In this document: one piece after another, positions 1 through 12,680 of the stretch
Position numbering within the stretch: the first letter of the stretch is position 1
How the letters are laid out: each line of letters begins with the position of its first letter
DNA from: Octopus vulgaris
Taxonomy: Eukaryota
Length of the DNA stretch: 64,000 bases
Reading direction: 5' to 3'
Assembly (NCBI GenBank): GCA_951406725.2
Contig: OX597825.1
Span: 45,322,001 to 45,386,000 of the forward strand
Notes under the pieces: model-generated
What the model saw: only the letters and a program-made list of their open reading frames with translations
Told to the model about the DNA's origin: nothing
The model's database searches: none
Translations under genes and position numbers: made by a program

Positions 1-487
1 AATTGCTACCTGGCAAGAAAAAAAGAAGTACCAGGGAAGACATAGCAAGATTTTTTGAAGTTGGTGATAAGGTGTATATGAGGACATACAAAAATGGAAA
101 GCAGAACTGGGAAGAGGGTGAAATTATCAAATACATAGGTAAAATGATGTATTGGGTAAAAAGTAGAAAAAGCATACAAAATCCATACAAAAGAGACACA
201 GGAACCAACTGAAAAAAGAGATTTGTGGAAAGTGAATCAAAGAAGTTGGAGCAACTCATGGAATGGTTGTACGATACATTCCATGTACCAACACCACTGC
301 ATATGCCTGAACCCAGACAGACAAGTGAAAGGAAAAGAAAGCATACAGAGTTCCTGAAAATAGATGCCAAGAGAAAAAAATATTAAATTGTTTGAAAAGA
401 AAAAAACTAAGAAAAGGGAGGTAGGGTGAATAAAAATATTATTGCTAAATAAAATGACACTTCCTAAGAAAAACTTAAAAGGGGATA
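1..487 (+). mobile_element. Ty3/Gypsy LTR retrotransposon 3' end (integrase C-terminal tail + polypurine tract), decayed
   Basis: ORF 3..212 FEVGDKVYMRTY..WEEGEIIKYIGKMMYWV resembles the Gypsy integrase C-terminal region; purine run AAAAGGGGATA directly precedes TG at 488. Confidence 0.7.
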
Positions 488-790
488 TGTCATAGGGAAT
501 TATGGTACACCCCTCCACATGACAAGTGGAATGAGGCCATCACTATAAGTAAAGTGACATTGGCCAGTATTGAGAGAGTACATGCAGACTGTGTTGAGAG
601 TTGTGTCTTACAGGGCTAATATCAATACTGCAATAACCAAAGTGAGTGTTATAACAATTCAACCTTTTGAGGATAATAACACTGTATAATTGGGACTGTA
701 CAGTGCCAGATAGAAACATTCTATCAACGACTTCAGAATACAACAATATCTGTCAGAGCAACAATCGTCGTACAAAGATAGATACAACAG
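488..790 (+). repeat. Probable 3' LTR (right end uncertain, abuts R4 element)
   Basis: Starts TGTCATAGGG immediately after PPT; no partner LTR in window. Confidence 0.45.
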
Positions 791-799
791 TGGCAAAAG

Positions 800-2765
800 A
801 CTGCTTTATAACAGTCTTGCAGATTTTTGTAGTCCCAGATATCGTGGTCATTTGTAGCTTATAAATTAAGGATTTGCATTCTCTCCCAAGATTACAAGTT
901 CACCCATACTTTGCTCCAGATGGGTTGGTATGTATCTTGTTGCTCCAATAATAATAAGTATGAAGCTGAAAGTGTACCTTGGGTACTGGATTTGCAAACT
1001 CCTTATCAATGATCCATTGATATCCGCTTTCTCTTGTATTTTTCTAATCACATTCATGTCCAAGGGACAGCTGGTTCCCAAAACTGAACATATCTTTTCT
1101 TTGTGGTCCCACACAACAATATCTGATGGCTATTTTAATTTTCAGGTTCCACCAGTATTCTTTTGACCCATCAGTCTCAATACAGTCAACATCATTTGTA
1201 GGTATTCTCTTCTTTGTTATCCTGTTCCAGACCATTCTGGCCACTGTATCATGCCTCATGGGAAGATAATATCCGAAAACATTCTCTCACAGTTGACAAT
1301 AATGGGGTTGATGTCTTCAATTTTAGTCTTGCACAACCTACATTTGTTGTCTGTCAACATTTTTTACTTTTAATGTTGTAGGTATTTGGTGGGGATCTCT
1401 TGTTCTTAGATTGCATGGATGTAGTTTTCAAAGTGAGATGTCATAAACTTGTTAGTACTCCATGCCAAGCTGTTGACATGATCAATTCCTTCTATCGTTT
1501 TTGTTTTACACACCAAGTACCCATGTACTGTAGTCTCAGCTGGTTCCTTCTGTTGTTCTAAATGTGAAAATTAAAAATACAAGTGTAAAATTGAAGTTCG
1601 ATACCAGTAGTGACATGACTATTATAAACAAATCAAATTTTACCAATGCTCCTTGGGGAGAGATCTGTATCAGTACTTATTTCATCTCTCTCCTCAAGTT
1701 CATTAGCTAGCCTAATTATGCTGTTGGTTTCATGGTCACAAACTTGGGCAAGATAGTTATTGGTCCCTTTCCTCTGTTGCAGATGTTGTATAAGTGTCAC
1801 AATCTATGCTTTATATGACACCATTACAGATTTGAGAACGCAGCCACCTTCCTTCCAAGGGAAGTATAGCCTGTCTACATCTCCATTGATGTTGAAGTTT
1901 CCTGTAACACTGAGCAGCTCGCAAGTTCAAACATCTATCTAATTCAGTTCAAAAGGCCAAATGTAGACACGAAGATAGGTACGGCAAAGGTTTTGTGGGC
2001 AATATGTTTGTTGTAAGCTGAGAGTTCTGATGACCATATTCTCTTTACTCTCCTGAGGTATTCATTTCTGGTTCTCTCCTTATTTATGGGGTCCATTATA
2101 TCTGACATTCTCATCTTGTCTGAGTCACCTGACTGTAGAGATTGTTTGGTCAAGCCATTCATTTTTAGGCTTTCAGGGGAGGACACAACTTTTCCATGTT
2201 TTACTGTCAATAAAAACACATTTCGACTCACCAAATTTCATCCCAATGTCTGTGAAAAATTGGATTATAAGGTCTAATTGTATTTTTTCTTTTTTTATGT
2301 GGTTGATATTTGGTCCATACAGTTTCAGGTCATTGACAAAGAAAAGACGAGAGACATTTCTGAATCCATTTCTCTGGTTACTATATTTTCTGTGCAGGTA
2401 TGAGAGTGGATTTAATGAGAAGACAAAGGGTAAACACTAAAGGCTATCACCCTGAAAGATGCTTTCCAGTAGTGACTGCTATTCAACTCAATTTGCTCCT
2501 TATTACTCCTAAGGAGAAAAGTGGAGTACCAAGTTTTGGTCAGGAGTTCAATAGCACTCACTAGTGGTAGTGGAACTTTGGCTAACTTTGGCCTTGATAA
2601 TCCACTTATGTGGTATACTATTGAAAGCTTTCTGGAAGTCCCACCACACTATGGTTAAGTTCCTGCAAGTTTTTGTTTTCTCTCAGATCATTTTATTAAT
2701 TAGTAGCTGCTGTATACAGCCCCACACCTTCTTAATTCCAACTTGCTCAAGTGTTATAATGTTGA
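800..2765 (-). mobile_element. R4/Dong-like non-LTR retrotransposon (RT + zinc finger + restriction-like endonuclease), fragmented
   Basis: Minus-strand peptides FQGDSL, FFVNDLKLYG, WSSELSAYNK, RHDTVARMVW, EYWWN, WDHKEKICSVLGTSCPLDMN; ends next to (TG)n at 2779-2799. Confidence 0.8.
1560..1640 (+). pseudogene. Gypsy aspartic protease fragment embedded in R4 copy
   Basis: Translates NVKIKNTSVKLKFDTSSDMTIINKS, matching the retropepsin (L/F)DTG(S/A)D motif. Confidence 0.5.
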
Positions 2766-2799
2766 TGTATGTACATAAGTGTGTGTGTGTGTGTGTGTG

Positions 2800-3530
2800 T
2801 TAATACGGGGTGTTCATGCAGATTGTGTCACATTTTATCAAAACCAGCTTCATGTATTGGCGAACAATCAACAACATTGGAGAGCATAAAGATTAAAGTT
2901 GTAGTCAAGAAAAAGTTAGCTGACAAAGAGGATTGGAAACCACCTGAATATTGAAAAAGAGTTACCTTTATCATGAAGATTTATGCTGGGTATCAAAATG
3001 CTGACATCATAAGTGCTGTAACAGAGACTACAAAGCCATGGCCAGCAGGAAGGCATTCTGACTGCATCAGCACACTGGTATTCATCCAACTGATGAATAA
3101 GACCTTAGACTCAATTCAGACAGCTATGTCAAGCTGCTGGAAACTATGGTCAATCCCTAGCTGGAGAGGGTTGCTGCTGGAAGACCATGTATGTGGCAGC
3201 AGGATTTGGCTTGCTATACTTCCTGAAAGAGTCAGGAATGGTTGTCAAAGAATTCCTTCACCAACCCCAATTTCTGGCCTCCTAATTCCTCCAATTGTAA
3301 TCCCATGGGTTATGTGTAGAGCACAGTTGAGAAAGACAACAACTGCTCTGCCTACAGCACCAAGGCCAAGCTGGTAGCCAAGATCAAGGAGGTGTTCAAA
3401 GATGTTCCCACAGGGAGGAACACATGCACCAAGTTCCAGAGTAGTCTCGAGGCAATGGTGGTAGCTGAAAGCAGATACGTTGAGTAAACTGTTACTGATT
3501 TTGATCTTTTTAAACTTTTATTTTTGATTG
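2800..3530 (+). mobile_element. Tc1/mariner-superfamily transposase remnant
   Basis: ~3265-3340 reads PNFWPPNSSNCNPMGYV, a decayed WPPNSPDLNPLDY motif. Confidence 0.55.
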
Positions 3531-3645
3531 GGATATTGTGATTTCTTTTCTTTTTATGAAGATTGTCAAAATTAGCCAGCACACTCTGTATGTGTATATC
3601 ATCATCATCATCATCATCATCATCATGTATCATCTGTTTTCCATG

Positions 3646-3692
<47 letters not shown>

Positions 3693-4159
3693 CAAAGCAG
3701 GAAAGTGGAAATTTTCTGGTATTTATTCTCCAATACAAGTTTCATTTGCCAATAGGAATTACAAAGATCTACATGTTAGACATGTAAGGAATTTCCTATT
3801 AGAAATTTGTCATATGGAGAAAAATATTTATAGTTCAAAAATCACATTTGTATGAAGCATCTATATTTGGATATTAATCAGGAGCAGCACAAACAGCCCA
3901 GGTGAAGGAAAGAAAAAGCTATATAAACAAACATGCACATAGTACATATACTCATATACCTTTATTCATAAAAATATACACATTAATAGAAATACATTTA
4001 GTACATACACACATACACACACAAATATGTATATATACATATTCATACAAACACACATGCACAAGAATTGCATGAAGGTACTAGACATGTTATAAAATGC
4101 TGTCTGAGTCATTTTCATTATTAGTAACTCATAAAAATATATATTGTGTTTATTAAACT

Positions 4160-4889
4160 ATATATATATATATGTTGCAATGTTACCCAACCAAACTGGT
4201 GAATAATGGGAAGATACTATGAATTAAGTTTCCCCTGAAACGTAAATACGAATGGAATGAAACAAGTTTCATGTAAATTGGGCATGTGGTTGTTGAGATA
4301 TTAGGGATTTTCAGGGTATAAATACCCAAAACAGTGCATAATGGGAAAATATTCTGAAAATAACTGGTGATTTCAAAAATGTAAGTTGTTTGTTCAGTAA
4401 GTATTTATATTTTAGCTTTCCTTAAACAGACAATATTTTAATATTTTTTTTATTATTTTCAAGTGAATAACATTACAAACATTTTATTTCGGCACATTTA
4501 AAAAATATTTGAAAGTGAAAATGACTTTAAAAATGCAGTAAATATTTCATAAAAGACCCGTTCATAACTTCGGTGGGAAATAATTTTTTCCATAGGTATT
4601 TTTCGAGTGCATTCAACGTATCTCACCTCCAAAGATTTTGTTTCTATTTCTAGCACGCCCTGCTACCATGTGACAGCTATTTGTAATAAAAAACTCAAAA
4701 TACCTGTTACATGGTAGCAGGGCATGCAAGAAATAGCAGCCAAATCTTTCCTTTTCTGGGGGAAAGGAGCTGTTTACATGTGATTTCGATGTCACATTCA
4801 TTAAAGAAAAAAAGAAACCCATGCAACAAAACTCCATTGCTGGGAAACTCAGACTTTCCCAGTGACCCAACGGGTCACGTGTAGTCTAG
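4160..4889 (+). mobile_element. Non-autonomous Helitron-like element (3' end clear, 5' end approximate)
   Basis: Hairpin GTGACCC-AAC-GGGTCAC (4862-4878) 7 nt before CTAG (4886-4889) followed by T. Confidence 0.6.
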
Positions 4890-5009
4890 TAAAATATATA
4901 AATAAAAGAATAAGCAGAATAGTAAGATACAAATTTGTCATAGGGGAAGGGGAGATATGTATACAGGATTCAAAATAACAAGTAAGTAGTAAATCAGAAC
5001 AAAAAAAAG

Positions 5010-6302
5010 CATAAGAGATGCAGCAACATAAAAGGAAGGTTAACCAAGAAGATAGCTTTTGTATGTGACAGATGCACAAGGGCAATAAACACTGCAGATG
5101 CTCAGAAAACTGATTCCATCACTTGCCAGGGGGAGAATCTAGAAGTAGTTGATAGCTTCTGCTACCTAGGTGACCAAGTCTGTAGTGGGGGTGGATGCTA
5201 AGAGAGTATTGCCACAAGAATAAGAATAGCCTGAGCAAAGTTCAAAAAGCTCCTACCTCTACTGGTGATAAAGGGCCTCTTGTTCAGAGTGAAAGGCAGA
5301 TTGTATGATGCATGTGTGCAAACTGCCATGCTAAATGGCAGTGAAACATGGGCTGTGACTGCTGAAGACATGCGTAGGCTCAAAAGTAATGAAGCTAGTA
5401 TGATCCACTGGATGTGTAATCAGTGTGCACACACAACAGAGTGTAAGTATCCTAAGAGAAATGTTAAACATAACAAGCTTCAGATGTGCTGTGTAAGAGA
5501 GACGACTGTGCTGGTATGGTCATGTGCTACATATGGATGAGAGGAGCTGTGTGAAGAAGTGTCGCTCCCTAACAGTGGAATGAACCCATGGAGGAGAGAG
5601 ACCCCAGGAAGACATGGGATGAGGTGGTGAAGCATGACCTTCGAACGTTGGGCCTCACAGAAGCAATGACTGGTGACCAAGACCTCTAGAGATATGCTGT
5701 GATTGAGAAGACCCGGCAAGGAAAGTGAGATCTCAGTCATAGCCTACACCAGCGTTGCATAACCAGCCTATTTAAAAAGTACCTTTGAATTGTTGGGTGA
5801 CATGCCATGCTTGAGGGGACCGAATGAGTTAAGTAAATCAAAATCAAAATTAAATCAAATCACAATCAAATGGAAATTGTAGTTGTGGGCGATACCAGTA
5901 CTGGTGGCACACAATAAGCACCATTCATGTGTGGGTTATTGCCAGAGCCGCCTGACTGGCTCCCTGTGCCGGTGGCACATAAAAAGCACCATCCAAACAT
6001 GGTCGATGCCAGCCCCCACCCCCTGCCACCGACTGGCTCCTGTGCCAGTGGCACGTAAAAAGCACCATCCAAACATGGGCAATGCCAGTGCCACCTGACT
6101 GGCTCCTGTGCCGGTGAAACGTAAAAAGCACCCACTACACTCTCGGAGTGGTTGGTATTAGGAAGGGCATCCAACTATAGAAACAGAGCCAGATCAGATT
6201 GGAGCCTGGTGTGACCTCCTGGCTTGCCAGTCCCCAGTCAAACTATCCAACCCATGCCAGCATGGAAAACGGACGTTAAATGATGATGATGATGATGATG
6301 AT
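5010..6302 (+). mobile_element. RTE-clade LINE family A, 5'-truncated, with 3'UTR minisatellite and (ATG)n tail
   Basis: LEVVDSFCYLGD, RVKGRLYDACVQTAMLNGSETWAV; tail CCATGCCAGCATGGAAAACGGACGTTAAATGATGATG. Confidence 0.85.
5900..6135 (+). repeat. ~60 bp tandem repeat (about 4 imperfect units) in RTE 3'UTR
   Basis: Recurrent GACTGGCTCCTGTGCC.GTGGCAC.TAAAAAGCACC. Confidence 0.75.
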
Positions 6303-6355
6303 ATAAAGCAAGATTTATTCGCGAACAAAGTTGTTCAAAAACTAAGGTACTACTG

Positions 6356-6391
<36 letters not shown>

Positions 6392-6744
6392 AACATGTAT
6401 ATATATACACACACACACACAGACGCACACACATGCATACATACACATACATAGGTAGATATAGATATATAAATATACACACACACACAGACGCACACAC
6501 ATGCATACATACACATACATAGGTAGATATAGATATATAAATGTAAGATCAAAGGATCAAGGTGTAGGAAGAAAGTGAGCTTCAAGCAATCCGTAGAAGA
6601 TATAAAAAAACAACTTTCAGACATAATAGTGGTTTATTGGGGTGGAAGGCTGTGAATTTTTCTTGTATTGAAGTACAAGCAGAAAAAAATAATTGTATAT
6701 TTCACAGTAGGCAGCCAGGGTTGCTGGGTATTATTCATTTTCTT

Positions 6745-7086
6745 TCTTTTATTCTTTTACTTGTTTCAGTCATTTCACTGCGGCCATGCTGGAGCACCAC
6801 CTTTAGTTGAGCAAATCGACCCCAGAGCTTATTCTTTATAAGCCTAGTACTTATTCTATCAGTCCCTTTTGCTGAACCGCTAAGTTATGGGTACATAAAC
6901 ACATCAGCTTTGGTTGTCAAGTGATGTTGTACTTAGACACACAAACATATACACACAGACAAACACACACACACACACACATATACATATACGACGGGCC
7001 TCTTCCAGTTTCCATCTACCAAATCCACTCACAAGGCTTTGGTCACCCCAAGGCTACAGTAGAAGATACAGCCACTCCCGCGCCTA
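6745..7086 (-). mobile_element. tRNA-derived SINE (CORE-like octopus family), internal deletion in head
   Basis: Minus strand starts GGCGCGGGAGTGGCTG then TCTTCTACTGTAGCC..CCAAAGCCTTGTGAGTGGATTTGGTAGA; ends GCTCCAGCATGGCCGCAG..TGAAACAAGTAAAAG; homologous to 29718-29880. Confidence 0.7.
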
Positions 7087-7533
7087 TGTAGGAATGTGAA
7101 TAAAAATCTAAGAGCCAAGGAATGGAGTAGATAAAATCCAGGCTACACTGCAGGCCAAGGGTATATTGATTAAAAGAAGTTTACTTTGTTGCGAGAAGGC
7201 CCATGTTGACTCATGGAGGATTTGATCAGAATGCATAGAAAGCACAGTTTGAGTGGAGAATAATTGTGAAGAAAAATTAGGAATATAAGAAAAGGAAAAA
7301 GAACAAAAAATATATAAGCGAGTGGAAGAGTTACAAGTAAAGAATTTAAGCAGGGTCATTTCACAGATGGTTTTCAATAGGGTCATTTAGGTTGAGTCAA
7401 AGAGAGAGGGGGATAGGGTGTGGTATTTGAATAGGATAATGTGGAGAGCAGGAGGGTAAAGTATTTGTAGTTGATAGGAAAAAAATTTTTTGCTTAAAGA
7501 CATAGTATAGTAGTAAAAGCTATAGGCGCACTA

Positions 7534-7762
7534 GGCGCAATGGCCTAGTGGTTAGGGCAGCGGACTCGCGGTCGCAGGATCGCGGTTTCGATTCTCAGAC
7601 CGGGCGTTGTGTGTGTTTATTGAGCGAAAACACCTAAAAGCTCTACGAGGCTCCGGCAGGGGGTGGTGATCCCTGCTGTACTCTTTCACCACAATGGCGG
7701 TGCCCCAGCATGGCCACAGCTCAAGAGCTGAAACTGGAAAAACAAAAACAAAAAAAACAAAA
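7534..7762 (+). mobile_element. tRNA(Arg)-derived SINE, internally deleted
   Basis: A box TGGCCTAGTGG, TCG anticodon-like loop, B box GTTTCGATTC; tail ATGGCGGTGCCCCAGCATGGCCACAGC..GAGCTGAAAC + A-rich run. Confidence 0.8.
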
Positions 7763-8311
7763 GTGAAAGTCTAGAGAAGAAGAGGAAGAATGGTAATAAT
7801 GACTAAAATCTAAGAATTAAGGAATGTTTATTGTGGAGCAGTGTGTTTTGTATGAACTAGTAGAGGCATATGTAGGCATATGTACTTGTAAGTCTTCAAA
7901 GAGGGTGGAGGAAGGCAAATTAAGAGAATTTTTAGGGTATAAAGGGTAAGGAAAGATAAAAATAGATAGAAAGAAATAAGGAGTTATAGGGAATATATTG
8001 TGGTTAAAGATCAGTGGTTGTGAGGGTAAAAAAAGGGGAATGTCTATGAGGACAGAGCCAAAGTTAGGGAATGATGCGGATTTGGGTAAGTGAGGGCAGT
8101 TATTTTTGTATTTTGAGAATAGGTTACGTAATGTGTGTTGGCATGTAAAAATTATGCTATCACATTTATTCAGACATTTAGTGGAATGCATAATAGATAA
8201 GACTTCAGCTATGCAAAGATCGCACTTGTTGTTATAGCTGGTATATGGTTTGATCCATTCTTGAGTTTATGGATAAATTTATGGACATACTGTTGGATTT
8301 TTTTTTTTTTT

Positions 8312-8500
8312 TGGACAATAGGCAAGCTAGGAGACAGGTATATCTAGCCAAAGGAGAAGTAGAAAAGAAGTTTGCCTATGTTCAGCATTGTGACAACCAA
8401 AGAATTGAAGTATTTCAGATTGCAAGACAGCATGTGAGAGAAAATTGTGATGTCGTAGGAGAGAAATGTGTCCACATCAAGATGGTGCACTTGCAGTGGT
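8312..8500 (+). mobile_element. RTE family A internal fragment
   Basis: ARRQVYLAKGEVEKKFA..EVFQIARQ, homologous to 21160-21330. Confidence 0.75.
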
Positions 8501-8899
8501 TGAACTGAGCTTGCTTGCCAATACTTCAACTGACACTGTATATATAGTTAGAGTTGGCAGCTGATACTGTGCATTTGTAAACAATGTTTTTAGTAAGACT
8601 GATTATCTAAAGGATAGGAGGTTGGGCATCTGAAGCTGCATAGGTTCATAAGGATGTTGTGGATGAATTTGTGGGGTGTTAGGTTCATTATCAGTAGTGG
8701 TGTTAAAATTGATATTTATTTGCAGTTTGAAGGGGACATCAGTGGGGTTGTATATTATGATAGTTTTCATGTCCAATGATATCGTCTATATAGTCCTTTA
8801 TTTCTGTATGGGGTATAGTTAGGTCATGAGATAAGTTTAAGGATTGGATGTTAGTAATGGAATTATAGTAGGAGTTTTGAGGATTAGTGTTGGTATAAG

Positions 8900-9562
8900 G
8901 AGGTTCCTCGGTATTCTGGATTTATATATAGCTTCCATTCTGGCTATCTTATACAGTTCCCTGCCGCCCCCACTCTTCCAGGCCTTCCAAGCCTGTTTCT
9001 TTGCTCTAATGGCCCTGTCTACAGTATTGTTTCACCACCACATTACCCTAGGTCTGGAAGGGACTTTGCACCAGCCACAGATTTGGTTTGTGGCACTCAG
9101 TAAGCTGTCCCATAGGAATTTCCAGTTACCCTTTATGTCCGAAGTCTGTAGCTCCTCCTCCCTCTCATCAAATTTCTCAATTAGGATTCCCTAAATCTCT
9201 GGTCATATGAAGGGTCCTTATGCTGCCAAATCCTTCTTTTCCAGATTGGTCTGCTTCTTGGCATCCTTCTGGCCTTGAGTCTAAAGTCGCTAATGACTAG
9301 TCTATGCTGGTGGGTACATTCTTCACCAGGGAGAGTCTTTGCATATATAAGCAACCATGAATTTCACTTCCTGATGAGAATGTAGTTAATCTGTCTAGCG
9401 TGGTTTATAGGTTATCTGGTGACTGGCTGATTTCCTTAAGTTGGTGTTGCAGATCATTAAGTCATTCATATCCCAGAGCTCTAACAGCCTTGTTCCCTCC
9501 TCATTTTAGAAACTGATTCTGTGGCTTCCATGCCATGAAGATGAGATCATTGTCACTTGTCT
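8900..9562 (-). mobile_element. RTE family A fragment (endonuclease end + linker)
   Basis: Reverse complement of the region seen at ~20480-21160 (EECTHQHRLV, CGWCKVP..WWNN). Confidence 0.75.
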
Positions 9563-9565
9563 TAT

Positions 9566-10979
9566 TTAGGTGTGAAAAAGTATTCGTATAGAATAAATTT
9601 ATGATTTTCTATGCCACAAAATACTGTTAAAATAATTTTTTTTCCTGGAACTTTCTCAGTTGTTCCAATAATCTTATTAGTTGTCATTTTTAAGTGTCAA
9701 AATGCTAGTTTCCTTATTCAGCACTGAGACAACATGAAGTAGTGGTGAAAAGTAAAGAACTCACAAATTCAGTGAAAAACTTAATTATTGAACAGTGGAA
9801 AGCAGGTAAAAGTTACAGGAAAATAATCAGAGACCCTTTGTATTCCATTTTCTAACATATCATCATTTATTCAAAGATATAAAAAATCGGGAACTGTTGA
9901 AAACAGAATAAGATCCAGTGCACCACGCAAGATTTCCCCTAGATCTTTAAGAAAATTGAAGTGAAGAATTGAAAAAAATGCAATGATCATCAGAAAGGAG
10001 TTGCAAGAAGATTTGTTAGCTTCAGGGACTAGTGTCATACTATGAACAATCAGCAATGAACTTCATAGGAATGAACTGAAGTCATACTCTCCTAGAAAAA
10101 CTCCACTGTTGACTAAAAGGCATAGAGATGCCCGTTTAAAATTTGTTTATGAACATAAAAATAAATCTGATACATTCTGGGAAAATGTTCTATGGACAGA
10201 CAAGTCGAAAATTGAATTGTTTGGACGAAATTCGCGTAGCCATGTTTGGAGGAAAGATGGTACTGCCTATTTGCCGAAAAACAAAATTCCTACTGTAAAA
10301 TTTGGAGATGGCAACAGCATGGTGTGGGGGTGTTTCTCTCAAATGGTACTGGCAATTTACATGTGATAGATGGTAGAATGAATGCAGAGATGTACCAAAA
10401 TATTTTGAACAATAATTTATGGGACTGTAGAAAAGCTCCAGCTTTGTGAAGGGTGGGTTTTACAATGACCCTAAGCACACAGCGAAGTCTACCAAAAAAT
10501 GGATTGCCGATTACAATTTAAAATTATTAGAATGGCCAAGCCAGTCACCTGACTTGAACCCCATTGAAAATTTGTGGCGTTATTTGAAAATTAAAATTCA
10601 TTCAAGAGCCCCAATGTGCATTGCAGATTTGAAGAAAATTTGTCAAGAAGAATGGGAAAAAATTCAAACATGCGAGTCATTGATTAAGAACTACAAGAAG
10701 AGATTGGTTGAAGTGTAACTAAATAATGGTTATGCTACGAAGTATTAAATCAGAATTATCAGTTATTTATGTTCTGTACAAATACTTTTTTCACCCCTAA
10801 ATATTTATAATTGTATATAAATTCATTAGTTACTATAATTTATTAGTTTCTTTTGCATATTCTTAGTTTATGCATGTGTATGCAAATATAGTATTGGTAT
10901 ATCCCATTTATGTTCATTAGAAATTAAATAAATAAAGAACTTTGACATGTACGAATATTTATCCCCCCCCCCCCCACTG
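9566..10979 (+). mobile_element. Tc1-family (DD34E) transposon with IR/DR ends; left outer end lost
   Basis: Transposase remnants VKSKELT.., [47 protein letters not shown]; 9566-9598 inverted to 10765-10800; right end ..CCCCACTG followed by TA (10980-10981). Confidence 0.85.
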
Positions 10980-10981
10980 TA

Positions 10982-12680
10982 CCTAGCCAAATATAAATCT
11001 CTGTACTTGGCTTTTGTTGACTTGGAGAAAGTTTTTGGCAGAGTATCCCAATCCCTTATCTGGTGGTGAATGCAGAAACAAGGGATAGACGAGTGGTTGA
11101 TGAGAGCCGTACAATCCTTATACAGGGATGCTACAAGTAAGGTGAGGGTTGCCAATGAATACAGCAAAGAATTCAGGGTACAAGTAGGAGCTCACCAAGG
11201 AACAGTCCTTAGCCCCCTCTTGTTCATCATAGTCCTCCAAGCAATTACAGAGGAATTCAAAAACACCCTGCCCCTGGGAGTTCTTCTATGTTGATGATCT
11301 TGCTCTTATAGCTGAATCACTACCTGAATTAGAGAAGTTCCAGGTATGAAAGCAAGATCTAAAATCAAAGGACCTTAGAGTTAACTAGCAAAAACCAAAG
11401 TTATAGTCAGTAAGAAGGCAGACAAATCACAAATTCTTTCAAGTAGATGCCCCTGCTGAAGAAAAGTGTAGATAGAAACTCCATAAGATGCACCCAGTGT
11501 AAGCTTTGGACACATAAAAGGTACAACAACATTAGAAGAAGAGTAACAGGGAAACTAGCTTTCGTATGTGGAAGGTGCACAGGTACAATAAACACAGAAA
11601 ATGCACAGAAAATAGATTCCATCAACTGCGATGGGGCAAGCTAGGTGACCAAGTTAGTAGTTGAGGTGGAAGCTCTGAGAGCATACCTGTGAGAGTACGA
11701 CTAGGCTGGGCAAAGTTCAGAGAGTTCCTACCCCTGCTGGCAACAAAGGGCCTCTCTCTCAGAGTGAACAGCAGATTGTTTGATGACTGTATGCAAACAG
11801 CTATGCTGAATGGCAGTGAAACATGGTCTATGACAGCTGAGGACATGAGTAGGCTTGAAAGAAATGAAGCTAATATGCTTCACTGGATGTGCAATATCAG
11901 TGTACATGTTTGACAGAGTATCCCAATCCCTTACCTGGTGGTCAGTGAAAAGTTACGCATAAGAGGAATTAGATGTGGTGTGCAAGAAAAACGACTGTGC
12001 TTGTATGGTCATGTAATGCGCATGAATGAGGACAGCAGTGTAAAGAAATTCTGATCTCTAACTGTGGTGGAAACCTGTGGTAGATGTAGACCCAGGAAGA
12101 CATGGGACGAAGTGGTGAAGCATGATCTTTGAACCTTGAGCCTCACAGAGGCAATGACTGGTGACCGAGACATTTGGTAATGTGCTGTGCTTGAGAGGAC
12201 CCATCAAGCCAAGTGCACCTGTACTGGTGGCATATGAAGAACATCTTTTGAAAATTGGGCCTCACAGAGGCAAAGTGGCTGAGTTCCTTTCAAGCATTGG
12301 GCCTCATGGAGGCAAAGTGGCTGAGTTCCTTTTTTGAGGTTTGGGCCCCATAGGAGGCAATGACCAAGACCTTTGGCATTATGTCATGCTTGAGAAGAAG
12401 ACCCATCAAGCCAAGTAAAATCGCAGTCATGGCAGATACCAGTGTCACACAAATTAGCACCAATGCTGGTGGCATGTAGACGTACCCTGGTGTTACATGA
12501 ATGGCACCCGTGCCAGAGGCACATAGAAGCACCCATTACACTCTCAGAGTGGTTGGCATTAGGAAGGGCATCTAGCCATAGAAAACCATGCCAAATCAGA
12601 CTGGAGTCTGGTGTAGCCTTCCATTATGCTAGCCCAGTCAAACCATCCAATGGACGTTAAATGATGCTGATGATGATGAC
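10982..12680 (+). mobile_element. RTE family A, RT to 3' tail
   Basis: YLAFVDLEK, VGAHQGTVLSPLLF, LYVDDL, NGSETW; tail GGACGTTAAATGATGCTGATG. Confidence 0.85.

Larger units (their letters stand above)
7100..8900 (-). mobile_element. Penelope-like element remnant (GIY-YIG region and 3' pseudo-LTR), interrupted by SINE and RTE insertions
   Basis: Minus-strand NIVYKCTVSAANSNYIY (~8540-8590) and PYTSYNNKCDLCIAEVLSIMHSTKCLNKCDSIIFTCQH (~8135-8250) match Penelope endonuclease and C-terminal Cys/His motifs. Confidence 0.65.

Noticed and set aside
5900-6135. CRISPR-like repeat/spacer pattern
   Set aside because: Imperfect tandem units inside a LINE 3'UTR, spacers are related to each other, no cas genes, eukaryotic context
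7534-7605. tRNA-Arg gene
   Set aside because: Acceptor and T stems do not close properly and it runs into a SINE body and A-rich tail; it is a SINE head
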